A stretch of 64,000 nucleotides of DNA from Planctomycetota bacterium (GCA_031409275.1 JANNXA010000022.1:160001-224000), one strand, 5' to 3'. Shown: positions 18,297-28,420, numbered from the stretch's first letter. Notes: generated by a model from the letters alone, not told the origin. Program-made: numbers and translations.

Positions 18297-20426
18297 ATGG
18301 CCCTGCTCCTCGCACTCGGCGCCACCAGTTGCGTCGGATCGAGCGGTCAGCGCCAGAAGAGGCTCGCGCCCGGCAGCGCGCTCCTCCACCAGGCCTCGCG
18401 CCTCTTCGACGGAAAGAGCGGCGTCGAGGTCGGTTGGGAAGCGGCGTTGTCGCGCCTCGCCGAAGCGGACGTCGTGTTCCTCGGCGAGACGCATCTCGAC
18501 CGCCTCACCCACGACGCCGAACTCGAGTTCCTGCGCGAACTCACCGAGCGTCGCGACGGGCAGACCGCGCTCGCGCTCGAGATGTTCGAGCGCGACGTGC
18601 AGCCGTTCCTCGACGAGTACCGGGCCGGCCGCATCGACGAGCGCCTGTTCCTCCAGCATTCGCGGCCGTGGGGCAACTACGCCACCGACTACCGGCCGCT
18701 GATCGAGTTCTGCAAGGCCGAGCAGCTGCCGATCATCGCGTCGAACCTGCCCGCCGAGCTGCGCCGCAAGCTCGGCCGCGGTGGTGCTGAAGCGCTCGCG
18801 GCGTTGACTCCCGACGAGCGCGCGCTGGTGCCGGAGCCGCTGTTCGAGAACCGTCCGGACTACTGGAAGCGCGTCGACCACGTCACGCGCGGTCACGCCG
18901 CCATGGGGATCGTGCCCGCCGAAAGCCGCCTCTTCGACGGGCAGAACCTCTGGGACAACACGATGGGCGACTCGATCGCGCGCGCGCGCGCGGCCGACCC
19001 CGAGCGCCAGGTGATCCACGTGAACGGCGGCTTCCACAGCGACTATGGCGACGGCACCGTCTGGCAGCTCCTGCAGCGCGCGCCCGCCACCGCCGTCGCG
19101 ACCGTTCAGATCGTCGCCACCACCGACCTCGCCGACGTCCGCGTCGACGTCGCGACGCCGCGCGCCGATTTCGTCCTCTTCGTCGAGGCGCGCGCGAAGG
19201 CGGCCGAGGACGGTGTGGCCGCGGTGAATGTCGCGCGTGAGCACGGATGGCGCTTGTCGCGACCGGCCGGCGCGAGCGCCCCGGTCCCGTTGCTGATCTG
19301 GCTTTGCGACGACGGTCAGGAGAGCGCCGCCGCCCAGAAGCTGTGGCAGCCGGCGATCGGCGACGGCGCCGCGCTGCTCACGCTCGATCCCTCGTTCCCC
19401 TACCTCGGCGCCGATGGCAGCAAGCACGGCCGCTGGTTCTTCCCGGGATCTGCCGACAGCGGCGGCGGGCTCGCGACGAGCGCGCTCGACCGGATCTTCG
19501 AGGTGGTCGCGCGTGAGGACCTCGCGGCCGGTCTCTCGCTCGATCGCACACGCATCGTCATCGCTGGAGAAGGCGCCGGCGCGACGATGGCGCTGCATGC
19601 GGCGCGCTACCTCGGCGACGAAGCTTTCTCGACACTCGCCTTCGAACCGCGCGCGAAGAGCGAACTCGCCGAGATGATCGCCCCGCTCTCGCTGTCGGCG
19701 GGTCGGACCACCCGAAAGGTGGCGATCCACTCCAGCGAGGCGGAGGCGGCGAGCTGGCGTGAGCTCACCGCGGGCGATGGCGAGTTGCGCCTCACGACGG
19801 AAGTCGTCGCGCAGCCCGACGCACCGGCCGCGCGCGATGCCGCGCAGGTTGACGCAGTGCGCGCGGCGCTCGGCCTCGCCGCCGCTCCCGAGAGCCGCGC
19901 GGCCGCGGCCGTGATCGAGCAGGCACCCGTGCATCCGGCCGGCGAACTCGTCGCGCGGCAGCTCGCGCGCCGCGTGCGCGCCGCGCAGCTCGCGCAGCCC
20001 CCTCCCATGGCGATCACCGCCGCCGCGTTCGCCGATGGGCAGCGCCTGCCGCGGTCGAGCGGCGCGTTCGGTGGCACCACGATCGTGGTCCTGCCGGCCG
20101 ACGTTGCCGATGGCGAGTGGGCCGCCTGGAAGGCGCTCGAATCACCCGATGTGCTGCAGGCGAAGAGCCGCTTCCATCGGCTGCGGATCGCGCGCGGAGA
20201 CGGGGACGAGTCGCCGCGCGCGGTGATCGAGAAACTGCGCGCCGAGAATCCGCAGCGGCGCGACTTCCTGCTGGTGCCGGCCGAATTCTGCGTCGACGAC
20301 GCCGCGCTCGAGCGGCTGACTGCGGCCATCGGCGCGCTCGCCGACGAACTCCATCTCGAGCTGCTGCCGGGGCTCGGCGCACTGCTGCCGGTCGGTCCGC
20401 CGGCTCCGGCTCCCGCGCCGCATTGA
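18297..20426 (+). CDS. ChaN family (haem/iron-associated) lipoprotein with a C-terminal alpha/beta-hydrolase-like extension
   Basis: Lipobox-like ATSC; DVVFLGETH, LALEMFERDVQ, YRPLIEF, QNLWDNTMGDSI, HVNGGFHS. The extension carries LDRTRIVIAGEGAGATMAL. Confidence 0.8.
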   Translation: MALLLALGATSCVGSSGQRQKRLAPGSALLHQASRLFDGKSGVEVGWEAALSRLAEADVVFLGETHLDRLTHDAELEFLRELTERRDGQTALALEMFERDVQPFLDEYRAGRIDERLFLQHSRPWGNYATDYRPLIEFCKAEQLPIIASNLPAELRRKLGRGGAEALAALTPDERALVPEPLFENRPDYWKRVDHVTRGHAAMGIVPAESRLFDGQNLWDNTMGDSIARARAADPERQVIHVNGGFHSDYGDGTVWQLLQRAPATAVATVQIVATTDLADVRVDVATPRADFVLFVEARAKAAEDGVAAVNVAREHGWRLSRPAGASAPVPLLIWLCDDGQESAAAQKLWQPAIGDGAALLTLDPSFPYLGADGSKHGRWFFPGSADSGGGLATSALDRIFEVVAREDLAAGLSLDRTRIVIAGEGAGATMALHAARYLGDEAFSTLAFEPRAKSELAEMIAPLSLSAGRTTRKVAIHSSEAEAASWRELTAGDGELRLTTEVVAQPDAPAARDAAQVDAVRAALGLAAAPESRAAAAVIEQAPVHPAGELVARQLARRVRAAQLAQPPPMAITAAAFADGQRLPRSSGAFGGTTIVVLPADVADGEWAAWKALESPDVLQAKSRFHRLRIARGDGDESPRAVIEKLRAENPQRRDFLLVPAEFCVDDAALERLTAAIGALADELHLELLPGLGALLPVGPPAPAPAPH

Positions 20427-20441
20427 GTCGCGCGCGCGACG

Positions 20442-21749
20442 TCAGGCCAACAGCTCGCGGACGATCGCGCCCTCGGGATCGACCAGCGTCGCCGGACGCC
20501 GCGACGTCGCCTGGAAGCGCTTCGTTCCGTCGATCCGCAGCAGATGGGCCAAGGTGGCGAACAGGTCTGGAACGGTGACCGGCCGCGCGACGATGGACTC
20601 TCCACGATCATCCGTGCTGCCCACCACGGTGCCCGCCTTCACTCCGGCACCGGCGAGCAGCGCGCAGTAGTTGTGTGGCCAGTGGTCGCGGCCGCGGCGC
20701 GCGCTGATGGCCGGCGTCCGGCCGAACTCGCCCATGCAGACCACCAGGGTCTCCGACAACAGCCCGCGCTGTTCGAGGTCGTCAAGCAACGTCGAGAGCG
20801 CCGGATCGAGCTCGCGGCAGAGCGCCTCCGTCTTCGGGAAGTTGTCGATGTGAGTGTCCCACCCGTCGAAGTGGATCTCGACGGCGCTGACCCCCTCCTC
20901 GAGCAGGCGGCGCGCGAGCAGAGCGCCCTGACCAACCGTCGAGGGGCCGTACGCCTCGCGCAAGCGATCGGGCTCGGCGTCGAGGTTGAAGGCGCGACTG
21001 CGAACGCTCTCCATCAACCGGCGGGCACGCCGCTGCTGCTCGCGGTTGCTGTTCACCTCGACCTCGGCGCCGCGGCGCGCGTAGTCGGCGTCGAGCAGTT
21101 CACGCAGCGAATCGCGCCGATCGGTGCGAATCGCGTCGAGCGGGCGCGCCGCGGCGAGGTTCGCGACCGGGCTGCCGGGGCGGGCCACGAGGAACGGGGC
21201 GTGCGCTACTCCGAGGTAACCAGCCGAGCCGGGCGCGCCGTTGATCTGCACGAAGCTCGGCAGCTCGGCGGCGGGGTCGCCTAGTTCGTGTGAGACGACC
21301 GAGCCGAAGGTCGGAAAGGCGACGCTGGGGTTGGGCGTGTAGCCGGTGTGCAGCAGCAGCCGCGCGCGGGCGTGGCTGCCCTCCTTGGAGTGGAGGCTGC
21401 GGATCACCGCCAGTCGATCCGCACGTTCGCGCAGCTGCGGCAGGTGCTCGCTGAAGCTCCAGCCGGCGCGATCGGTGGGAAGCGCGCGAAACGGCCCGCC
21501 ATTCACGGTGCCGGGCTTGGGGTCGAACGTGTCGAGCTGGCTCGGGCCGCCTTCCAGCCAGATCAGGATCAAGCGCCGCGGCGTGGGCGCGTCGCCGAGC
21601 GCTGCTTCTTGAGCGCACGCGTGGCGCTGCAGCAATCCGAGCAGTCCGGAGCCGATCGATGCGGCACCGATTCCGCCGGCGAGCTGCGCCAGCAGCGCAC
21701 GCCGAGTCAGCTGTCCGGTCCAACGCGCGGATGGCAGCGAGGAGCTCAT
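20442..21749 (-). CDS. DUF1501 family protein
   Basis: Tat-like TRRALL; WLEGGPSQLDTFDPKP, GWDTH, MGEFGRTP, GRDHWP. Confidence 0.93.
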   Translation of the reverse strand: MSSSLPSARWTGQLTRRALLAQLAGGIGAASIGSGLLGLLQRHACAQEAALGDAPTPRRLILIWLEGGPSQLDTFDPKPGTVNGGPFRALPTDRAGWSFSEHLPQLRERADRLAVIRSLHSKEGSHARARLLLHTGYTPNPSVAFPTFGSVVSHELGDPAAELPSFVQINGAPGSAGYLGVAHAPFLVARPGSPVANLAAARPLDAIRTDRRDSLRELLDADYARRGAEVEVNSNREQQRRARRLMESVRSRAFNLDAEPDRLREAYGPSTVGQGALLARRLLEEGVSAVEIHFDGWDTHIDNFPKTEALCRELDPALSTLLDDLEQRGLLSETLVVCMGEFGRTPAISARRGRDHWPHNYCALLAGAGVKAGTVVGSTDDRGESIVARPVTVPDLFATLAHLLRIDGTKRFQATSRRPATLVDPEGAIVRELLA

Positions 21750-23611
21750 GGATTGGTGTGGAACTCCGCGCTGTTCACCAGGGCCCAGTAGAGATCGTCG
21801 GCTGAGGCGCGCGGATGGGCGGCATCGAGCGCCGCCACCAACGCGCGCGCTTCCTCGGGCTGCGGAGGTCGCGACAACGTGGCGAGGAACCACGGCGTGA
21901 TCCGTTCGACCTCGCTGTGGCGCGCATCGAACAGCGCGTGCAGGGAGGCATCGTCACGCAAGGCGGCAGGAATGACCGCGGCGTCGCCGTTGCGCAGCAG
22001 CAACGCCAGCGGGATGTTGACCTCCAGCGTGCGATCGTTGGCGTCGGCGCGGCCGGGCGAGCAGCGCTCGAGTTCGCGCAGCAGCTGGGCGCGCTGCTCG
22101 TCGAGGTGCTCCGCGGCGATGTCCGCGTTCCCGAGCCGAAGCACGGTGTTGGCGAGCTGCTCTGGCGTGAAGCTGCGGCGCGGATGGGCGGCGAACCAAC
22201 GTTCGCTGCGTGCGCGCGCCTCGGAGTCGGCGCCAGACGCCGCACCGAGCGCGTAGGCGCGCGTGCGTGCCACCACGCGATAGAGCAGGCGAACGTCGCC
22301 GCCTTGTTCTGCGAGCGCCGCCGCGAGCGCAGCGTGCAGCTCCGGCAGGATTCGATCGGAGCCATCCGCGAGGTCATCGACCGGATCGACGAGTCCGTGG
22401 CCGAGCAGGAGCGAGACGATGCGATTGGACTGCGCCAACGTGAACCAGCGGTTGCCTGGCGCGATGATCCATTCGGCGAGCGCCGCGCGACGCGACTGTC
22501 CGCGCTGCGCTTCGTACGGGGCGTCATCGAGATGCGCCGCGACGCCAAACTTCTCGCGCCGTTCGAGGTAGCGATCGAGCAGGTCGCGTGCGTCGCCAGG
22601 GAGTCGTCCGCGCAGCGACTCGAGCGCTTCACCGTCGGCGAGGAAGGCGAGGATCGGCCGCTCGCCCCCGACGCTCTCGCGCAGCAAGGCACGCAATTGC
22701 GCGACTGCCGCCAACTCGGCGGGCGTCCGGCGCTGCGCGGGGCCCTCGGCGCCCGCGCGCATCGACGGCTTGTCCATCGAGGAGGCGCCCGCCTCGAGTT
22801 CCCTCAGTCGATCGGCGAGGTCCCATTCGGGCGAACGGTCGATGACGCGGAAGCCCGGGCCGCCGATCTCGGAGAGCAGGCCGTGGTCCCCGCGCATCTC
22901 GACGAAGAACCCTACGAAACGGTTGAACTGCTCCCGCGTCCAGTGGTCGTAGGGATGGTCGTGGCACTGGGCGCACTGGATCTGGAGGCCGAGGAACGCG
23001 CGTGCAGAGACGCCAGCAAGCGTCTCGATCGAATCGCGAAAGCTGATCGGGAACGCGAAGGCCCCGGGCGTGCGGGCCGCGCCGGACGCGGCGATCAGCT
23101 CGGTCGTGAGCTGTGGGAAGGTGATGCCCTCGCGGAATCGCTCGGCCAGCCATGGCCTCAGCCAGCGCGTGGTCTTCTCGGCGTCCTTGCCGGCCTCGCC
23201 CACCAGCAGTTCGTTCCATTGGAACGAGAGCTCATCGGCGAATCGCGGGTCGGTGAGTTGCGCCTCGATCTCTTCGGCGCGTCGCGTCGCCGCCGGACGC
23301 GCCAGGAACCGCGCGATCTCCGCCGGTGTCGGCGCGCAGCCGCGCAAGTCCAGGCTCAGGCGACGCAGCCACGTCGAGTCGTCGAGCGGCGTCGCGGCGA
23401 CGAGCCCCTGCTCCTCCCACGCCGCGGCCACCATCGCGTCGAACCGCGTCACGAGCGCGTCGACCGCGGTCGACGGCGGCGCCGCGTCGGGCGCAAGCGA
23501 TGGCGACGCCGTCGCGACGGTCAACGCGAGGGACACCGCGGCGGCAAGGGCAGAAAGACGACTAGGCCAGGCACGCAACCGAACCACTCCTGCAACGACG
23601 AGGCGCTGCAA
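21746..23611 (-). CDS. DUF1549/DUF1553 domain protein
   Basis: WLRRLSLDLRG..PT, FLGLQIQCAQCHDHP, GHGLVDPVDD, DLYWALVNSAEF. The true start is probably a little downstream of 23611. Confidence 0.9.
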   Translation of the reverse strand: MQRLVVAGVVRLRAWPSRLSALAAAVSLALTVATASPSLAPDAAPPSTAVDALVTRFDAMVAAAWEEQGLVAATPLDDSTWLRRLSLDLRGCAPTPAEIARFLARPAATRRAEEIEAQLTDPRFADELSFQWNELLVGEAGKDAEKTTRWLRPWLAERFREGITFPQLTTELIAASGAARTPGAFAFPISFRDSIETLAGVSARAFLGLQIQCAQCHDHPYDHWTREQFNRFVGFFVEMRGDHGLLSEIGGPGFRVIDRSPEWDLADRLRELEAGASSMDKPSMRAGAEGPAQRRTPAELAAVAQLRALLRESVGGERPILAFLADGEALESLRGRLPGDARDLLDRYLERREKFGVAAHLDDAPYEAQRGQSRRAALAEWIIAPGNRWFTLAQSNRIVSLLLGHGLVDPVDDLADGSDRILPELHAALAAALAEQGGDVRLLYRVVARTRAYALGAASGADSEARARSERWFAAHPRRSFTPEQLANTVLRLGNADIAAEHLDEQRAQLLRELERCSPGRADANDRTLEVNIPLALLLRNGDAAVIPAALRDDASLHALFDARHSEVERITPWFLATLSRPPQPEEARALVAALDAAHPRASADDLYWALVNSAEFHTNP

Positions 23612-23653
23612 TAGACGCTCCCGCCGCCGCCGTCAACCTTCGCGCGACGGCGC

Positions 23654-23662
23654 TGCTAGGAT
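23654..23662 (+). promoter_or_regulatory. Extended -10 (TGcTAGGAT), 7 nt before the sulfatase ATG (leaderless-type)
   Basis: TG-N-TANNNT at 23654-23662, ATG at 23670, no Shine-Dalgarno. Confidence 0.5.
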
Positions 23663-23669
23663 CCGCGGA

Positions 23670-25106
23670 ATGAGACTCCCTTCGGCGCCTCCGTCGTGGC
23701 TCGCGGCTGCCGCCATCGCATTCCACCAGGAAGCGATACCGGTGCCGCCTCCTGCTGCACCGCAGCGACTCGTCGTCGTGACCCTCGATACGGTCCGCGT
23801 CGATCGCCTCGGCTGCTACGGCTACTTCCGCGACACGACTCCGAACCTCGACCGCTTCGCGACGGATGCGCTGCGCTTCACACGCTGCCAGGTGCCGATC
23901 GCGCAGACGACTCCGAGCCACACCTCGTTGTTCACCGGCGTCGGCCCCTTCGAGCATGGCGTCACTTCGAACCACGCGCGGCGCTCCAACGAGGAACCGT
24001 CCGAGATCGGGCTCGAGACTTCGGCGACGTTGCGCACGCTCGCCGAGTCGTTCCAGCAGCGCGGCTTCGCGACGGGGGGCTTCGTCACGGCGACGCCGGT
24101 CAAGCGTTTCACCGGCCTGGCAAAAGGCTTCGACGAATGGAGCGAGCCGGAGCGCGGTCGCCGCATCGGACACGAGGCGATCCGCGACGCGTTGGCCTTC
24201 CTCGACCGTCATAAAGAGGAGTCGATGTTCGTCTGGGTCCATCTCTACGACGCGCATGAACCCTACACCGCGCCGACCCCGCCAAAGCAGTTCCTGTCGC
24301 GCTACTCGAGCGAGCCGCGCCTCCTCGATTGGCTCGCCGCGCGCAACTTCCCGAGCCGATCGGCTGATCTCGAGGCGCACGGTCGCGATGTGATCTCGAC
24401 ACAGAACGACTACGACGGCGCGCTGCGCTTCATGGACCAGCAACTCGGTGTGCTACTCACCCGGCTCGAAACCGAGCCGCTCTACAGCTCCACCACCGTC
24501 GTGTTGGTCGCCGACCATGGAACGGCACTTGGCCAGCACGATCACGTCGGTCACGGGATCTGCTGGGAAGAGCAGCTGCAGATCCCGCTTCTCGTTCGAG
24601 TTCCCGGACTCGCGCCAGGCGTGGTCGACGAGCCGCTCTCGACGCTCGATCTCTGGCCCACTCTGTCGGCGCTGGTGCCGGGACTCCTCGACGCGGCATG
24701 GCTGCCGCAGTGCCGCGGTGCCGACGTGCTGTCACCCGACCACACCCCGGCGCCGCGGTTTGCGATTTCCGGTCGTGACTCGAGCCTCGCTTCCGTGAGA
24801 GCGGGGCGCTTCAAGCTGATCCGCGACGAGCGCCGCGCGACGCAGCTCTTCGATCTCGACGCCGATCCCAACGAAACCAAGGATGTCGCCGTCGACCACC
24901 CCGACGTCGTGCAGCGGCTCAGCGCGCTGGTCGCGGACGAGGTGGCGCGCCAGAAGCGTGCACACGCGCTGCACCGCAGCCCGTCGGGCGAGTCGGGCAG
25001 CGTGGATCCGAAGCTCCTCGAGGAGCTGCGGGAGCTCGGCTACGTAGGCGCCGACGCGGGCAGTGCGGACGAAGAGGGCGGCGGCGATCGGCGCCGTCCA
25101 CGCTGA
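23670..25106 (+). CDS. Sulfatase-like hydrolase (alkaline phosphatase superfamily)
   Basis: VTLDTVRVDRLGCYG, TPNLD, TTPSHTSLFTG, HLYDAHEPY, ADHG, LFDLDADPNE, C-terminal LRELGYV. Confidence 0.9.
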   Translation: MRLPSAPPSWLAAAAIAFHQEAIPVPPPAAPQRLVVVTLDTVRVDRLGCYGYFRDTTPNLDRFATDALRFTRCQVPIAQTTPSHTSLFTGVGPFEHGVTSNHARRSNEEPSEIGLETSATLRTLAESFQQRGFATGGFVTATPVKRFTGLAKGFDEWSEPERGRRIGHEAIRDALAFLDRHKEESMFVWVHLYDAHEPYTAPTPPKQFLSRYSSEPRLLDWLAARNFPSRSADLEAHGRDVISTQNDYDGALRFMDQQLGVLLTRLETEPLYSSTTVVLVADHGTALGQHDHVGHGICWEEQLQIPLLVRVPGLAPGVVDEPLSTLDLWPTLSALVPGLLDAAWLPQCRGADVLSPDHTPAPRFAISGRDSSLASVRAGRFKLIRDERRATQLFDLDADPNETKDVAVDHPDVVQRLSALVADEVARQKRAHALHRSPSGESGSVDPKLLEELRELGYVGADAGSADEEGGGDRRRPR

Positions 25107-25115
25107 GCCGCAGTT

Positions 25116-27302
25116 TCAGCGGCCGTCGCGGCGAGGGACGCGCCGCTCGTACTCCGGCAGTTCGAGCAGCTTGGGATCGAGTGCCTTGAGCGCGACGTCG
25201 AGCAACTGCGCCGACTCCGCTGGCCCTCGCTGCTGGAGACGCGCCAGCACCATCTTCGCGGTGTCGACGGGAGAGAGGTTCAATCCGTCGAGCGTTGCAG
25301 CGGATGCCGGCGCACGCGTGAAGCAGGCGATCAGCTCAGTCACGGCGGTTGCGTCGTCGTCGCGCTCGAAGGCGATGCGCGCGCGGCCCGCCATGGCGAG
25401 CGCGATGAAATGGTCCGCGGCGCCACGCTCGTCCGGCAGCCGCGCGATCGCCGCTTCGTACCACTCGATCGCCTGCGTGTAGGAGGCGAGCGCGGCCTCG
25501 GCGTCGCCGGCGCGGCGCTCGAACTCGGCGGCCACCATCGCGCCATAACCCGCGAACGAATTCAGCGCCGCCGAAGGCTCTTCGCGCGCGAGCCATTCGC
25601 GGTAGGTCGCCACGATTCCGGCCGGACCGCGCTCGTCGAGCGCGCGCGCCCGCAGCCGTGCGTGGAGCAGATCGGAATCGGGGAAACGGGCCAGTCCTTG
25701 GCGGAGGAAGTTCTGCGCCGGCTGCTTGGCGCCGAGCCACTGCAGCACGTCGTAGTGGCCCGCGATGAGATCGTCCCGGCCCAGCGGATGGCGCGCCATC
25801 GCGGAGTAGGCCGCATTCAGCTCGGCGAGCCAGGCGGGCGGCCATGGCGTCTTCTGACGCAGCGCCTCGCCCAACGCCTGTTCCCGCGAACGCGCGAACA
25901 GCTCGAGCACCGCGAGCGCTTCCGGACGGCTCGGATCGTCGGGAGCGCCCGCGACGATCGCGGCGACCGCGTGCTGACGTGCGTCGGTTTCATCTCCGAG
26001 TTCGCGTGCGGTGACGGCGAGCGTCGTCTCGACCCGATGACCGTGGGCGCCGAGCTCGGCGGCTCGACGCACCGTGCGCTGCGCGTCGGCGAGCACGAGC
26101 TTCGCGAAGCGATCGTCCTCGGTTCGCGTCGCGAGGTCGACCATCGCTTCGCCGAGCTCCAGAAGCGCCGTGGCGTCGCGCCCGACGAGGAGCGCGTCCT
26201 GATCGGTGAGCCGCTGCTGCCAGAGCTGCGCGCGCGCCGCGACCGCGGCGGGATCGGGGGGCAGTGTCCACGCCGCGAGGTCGATCAACGTGGTCGCGGT
26301 CGCGAGCCCCTGATGGACGACGGAGAGCGTGCGCGCGCGGGACGAGCTGGCGCCCAACCGATCGAGCGCCCCCACCAGCGCCGTGCGCTGTGCCGCGTCA
26401 ATGGGGCCCGACAACGCCTCGGCGATCAACGGCACCGCTTCAGGCGCGGTGCTGCGGGCGAGCCCGTCACGAGCCTGCGACGCCAGCGACTGGTCGAACG
26501 AATGGAGCGCGAGCCGCAGCAATTCGACCGGCGCTGCGGCCGGATCGGCGAGCGCCGCCGCGAGCAGCGCCTGGCGCGCCTTCGCGTCGCCCTTCTGCCA
26601 CGAGCTCTCCACGGCCACACGATCGGCCTGATCGCGGCTGGTCACGCGCTCGACGAGCGACCGGTCGCCGCGCACGATCGGTCGCGGCGGCGGACGCTTG
26701 ACGATCGTGGTCGCGATCTGGTCGAGCACCGACTGCACGTCCCACGCGTAGAAGACGTCGTGGAGCTCCGTGCCGTCGACCTCGACCGCGACATGACGCG
26801 GCGCGACGCGCTGCCCTTCGAAGAACTTCTCGAACAGGAACGGCTCGATCGCGATGTGCTCGCCGCAAGTCACGCTGCCGAAGCGCGGACAGAGGATGCG
26901 CTGGCCGGACTCGTCGTAGTCGCGCGGCGTGTGGCGGTAGGTGGAGGCGATGACGCAGACGTAGGGCTCGTAGAGCTTCGCCGCGTCGGGAATTCGGTAG
27001 CGGATGCCGGCGTAGTGCTCGCTGGCGATCTCTCCGTCCATGTTGACGCAGATCAAGATCGGCTTGCCGCTCTCCTTGGCGACCGCCAACGCGTCCTCCC
27101 AGGTGCGCTGGAACGCGATCAGGCACGGCCGCTTCCAATCTTCCGCCGACGGGGCGGGCCAGGTCTGCTCGCGGCTCTGGCCATTGGCCGGCGGCGGCGT
27201 CGCCTGCGCGCGGAGCGGAGAGCCGAGGGCCAGCGACAGCGCGAACGCGAGCGCGATCACAGCCGTGCGACGGAACGAGCGGACAGCGGGCGATGCAGCC
27301 AT
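25116..27302 (-). CDS. Secreted protein with a thioredoxin-like N-terminal domain and HEAT/TPR-like helical repeats
   Basis: Signal peptide; WEDALAVAKESGKPILICVN (thioredoxin_7-like start); CPRFGSVTCGEH; Ala/Leu-rich helical C-terminal region. Confidence 0.6.
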   Translation of the reverse strand: MAASPAVRSFRRTAVIALAFALSLALGSPLRAQATPPPANGQSREQTWPAPSAEDWKRPCLIAFQRTWEDALAVAKESGKPILICVNMDGEIASEHYAGIRYRIPDAAKLYEPYVCVIASTYRHTPRDYDESGQRILCPRFGSVTCGEHIAIEPFLFEKFFEGQRVAPRHVAVEVDGTELHDVFYAWDVQSVLDQIATTIVKRPPPRPIVRGDRSLVERVTSRDQADRVAVESSWQKGDAKARQALLAAALADPAAAPVELLRLALHSFDQSLASQARDGLARSTAPEAVPLIAEALSGPIDAAQRTALVGALDRLGASSSRARTLSVVHQGLATATTLIDLAAWTLPPDPAAVAARAQLWQQRLTDQDALLVGRDATALLELGEAMVDLATRTEDDRFAKLVLADAQRTVRRAAELGAHGHRVETTLAVTARELGDETDARQHAVAAIVAGAPDDPSRPEALAVLELFARSREQALGEALRQKTPWPPAWLAELNAAYSAMARHPLGRDDLIAGHYDVLQWLGAKQPAQNFLRQGLARFPDSDLLHARLRARALDERGPAGIVATYREWLAREEPSAALNSFAGYGAMVAAEFERRAGDAEAALASYTQAIEWYEAAIARLPDERGAADHFIALAMAGRARIAFERDDDATAVTELIACFTRAPASAATLDGLNLSPVDTAKMVLARLQQRGPAESAQLLDVALKALDPKLLELPEYERRVPRRDGR

Positions 27303-27430
27303 GGCGAACTCTTCGGGGTGTTCGTGGCGGTGGAGCGAAGCACGGCAGAACCATAGCGCGGCGAGCTCATCGGTCGGGTGCGAGCGGGGGCCGCTATCCT
27401 GCCCCGCTTCCCGTTTCGGAGCCTGTTGCC

Positions 27431-28420
27431 GTGAGCGCCACCGCCCCACTCGTCGAGCGCCTCGCACCACTGCGCGTCGTCTTCGACGACGTCCTGCGCG
27501 AGGTCGGCGGCGTCATCGTCGGTCAGCAATCGCTGCTCCAGAAGATGGTCATCGGTCTGCTCGCCGATGGCCATGTCCTGCTCGAGGGGGTCCCCGGCCT
27601 CGCCAAGTCGCTCGCCGTGCAGACGCTCGCGCAGGCGCTCGGCGGCACCTTCCGGCGCATCCAGTTCACCCCCGACCTCTTGCCCGCCGACCTGCTCGGC
27701 ACGCAGATCTTCCAGCCGAAGAGCGGCGAGTGGCTGGTGCGCGAGGGGCCGATCTTCGGCCACTTCGTGCTGGCCGACGAAATCAACCGAGCGCCGGCCA
27801 AGGTGCAGTCGGCGCTGCTCGAAGCGATGCAGGAACGGCAGGTGACGCTCGCCGGTGAGACGCGTCCGTTGCCGGAACCGTTCCTGGTGCTCGCCACGCA
27901 GAACCCGGTCGAGCATGAGGGCACCTACTCGCTGCCCGAGGCGCAAGTCGATCGCTTCATGCTGAAGCTGGTGCTCGACTACCCGAGCAAGGACGAAGAG
28001 GTCGCCATCGTTGATCGCATGGCGCGCACCGGCAAGAAGCCCGCGGCGCGTGCCGTGACGAATCCGCAGGCCGTCCTCGAGGCGCGTGCGCTGCTGGATG
28101 AGATCCACCTCGAACCGCGCCTGGCGCGCTACCTCGTCGACCTGGTCGGCGCCACGCGCCGGCCCGACACCGTGGGCCTCGCCGCGCTCGCCAAGCTCGT
28201 TGCCTATGGCGCTTCGCCGCGCGCGACGGTGGCGCTGGCGCAAGCTTCGCGAGCGCACGCGTTCCTCGCCGGCCGCGACCACGTGACGCCGCACGACGTG
28301 AAGTCGCTCGCGCTCGACGTCCTGCGCCATCGGATCAGCCTTCACTTCGAGGCGGCGGCGGAAGGGGTGACTGCCGAGCAGGTCGTCGTCGCCGTCCTCG
28401 CCCGCGTCCCCGTCCCGTAG
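27431..28420 (+). CDS. moxR: MoxR family AAA+ ATPase
   Basis: HVLLEGVPGLAKS, RIQFTPDLLPAD, LADEINRAPAKVQSALLEAMQE, ATQNPVE, GASPRA. Confidence 0.95.
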   Translation: MSATAPLVERLAPLRVVFDDVLREVGGVIVGQQSLLQKMVIGLLADGHVLLEGVPGLAKSLAVQTLAQALGGTFRRIQFTPDLLPADLLGTQIFQPKSGEWLVREGPIFGHFVLADEINRAPAKVQSALLEAMQERQVTLAGETRPLPEPFLVLATQNPVEHEGTYSLPEAQVDRFMLKLVLDYPSKDEEVAIVDRMARTGKKPAARAVTNPQAVLEARALLDEIHLEPRLARYLVDLVGATRRPDTVGLAALAKLVAYGASPRATVALAQASRAHAFLAGRDHVTPHDVKSLALDVLRHRISLHFEAAAEGVTAEQVVVAVLARVPVP

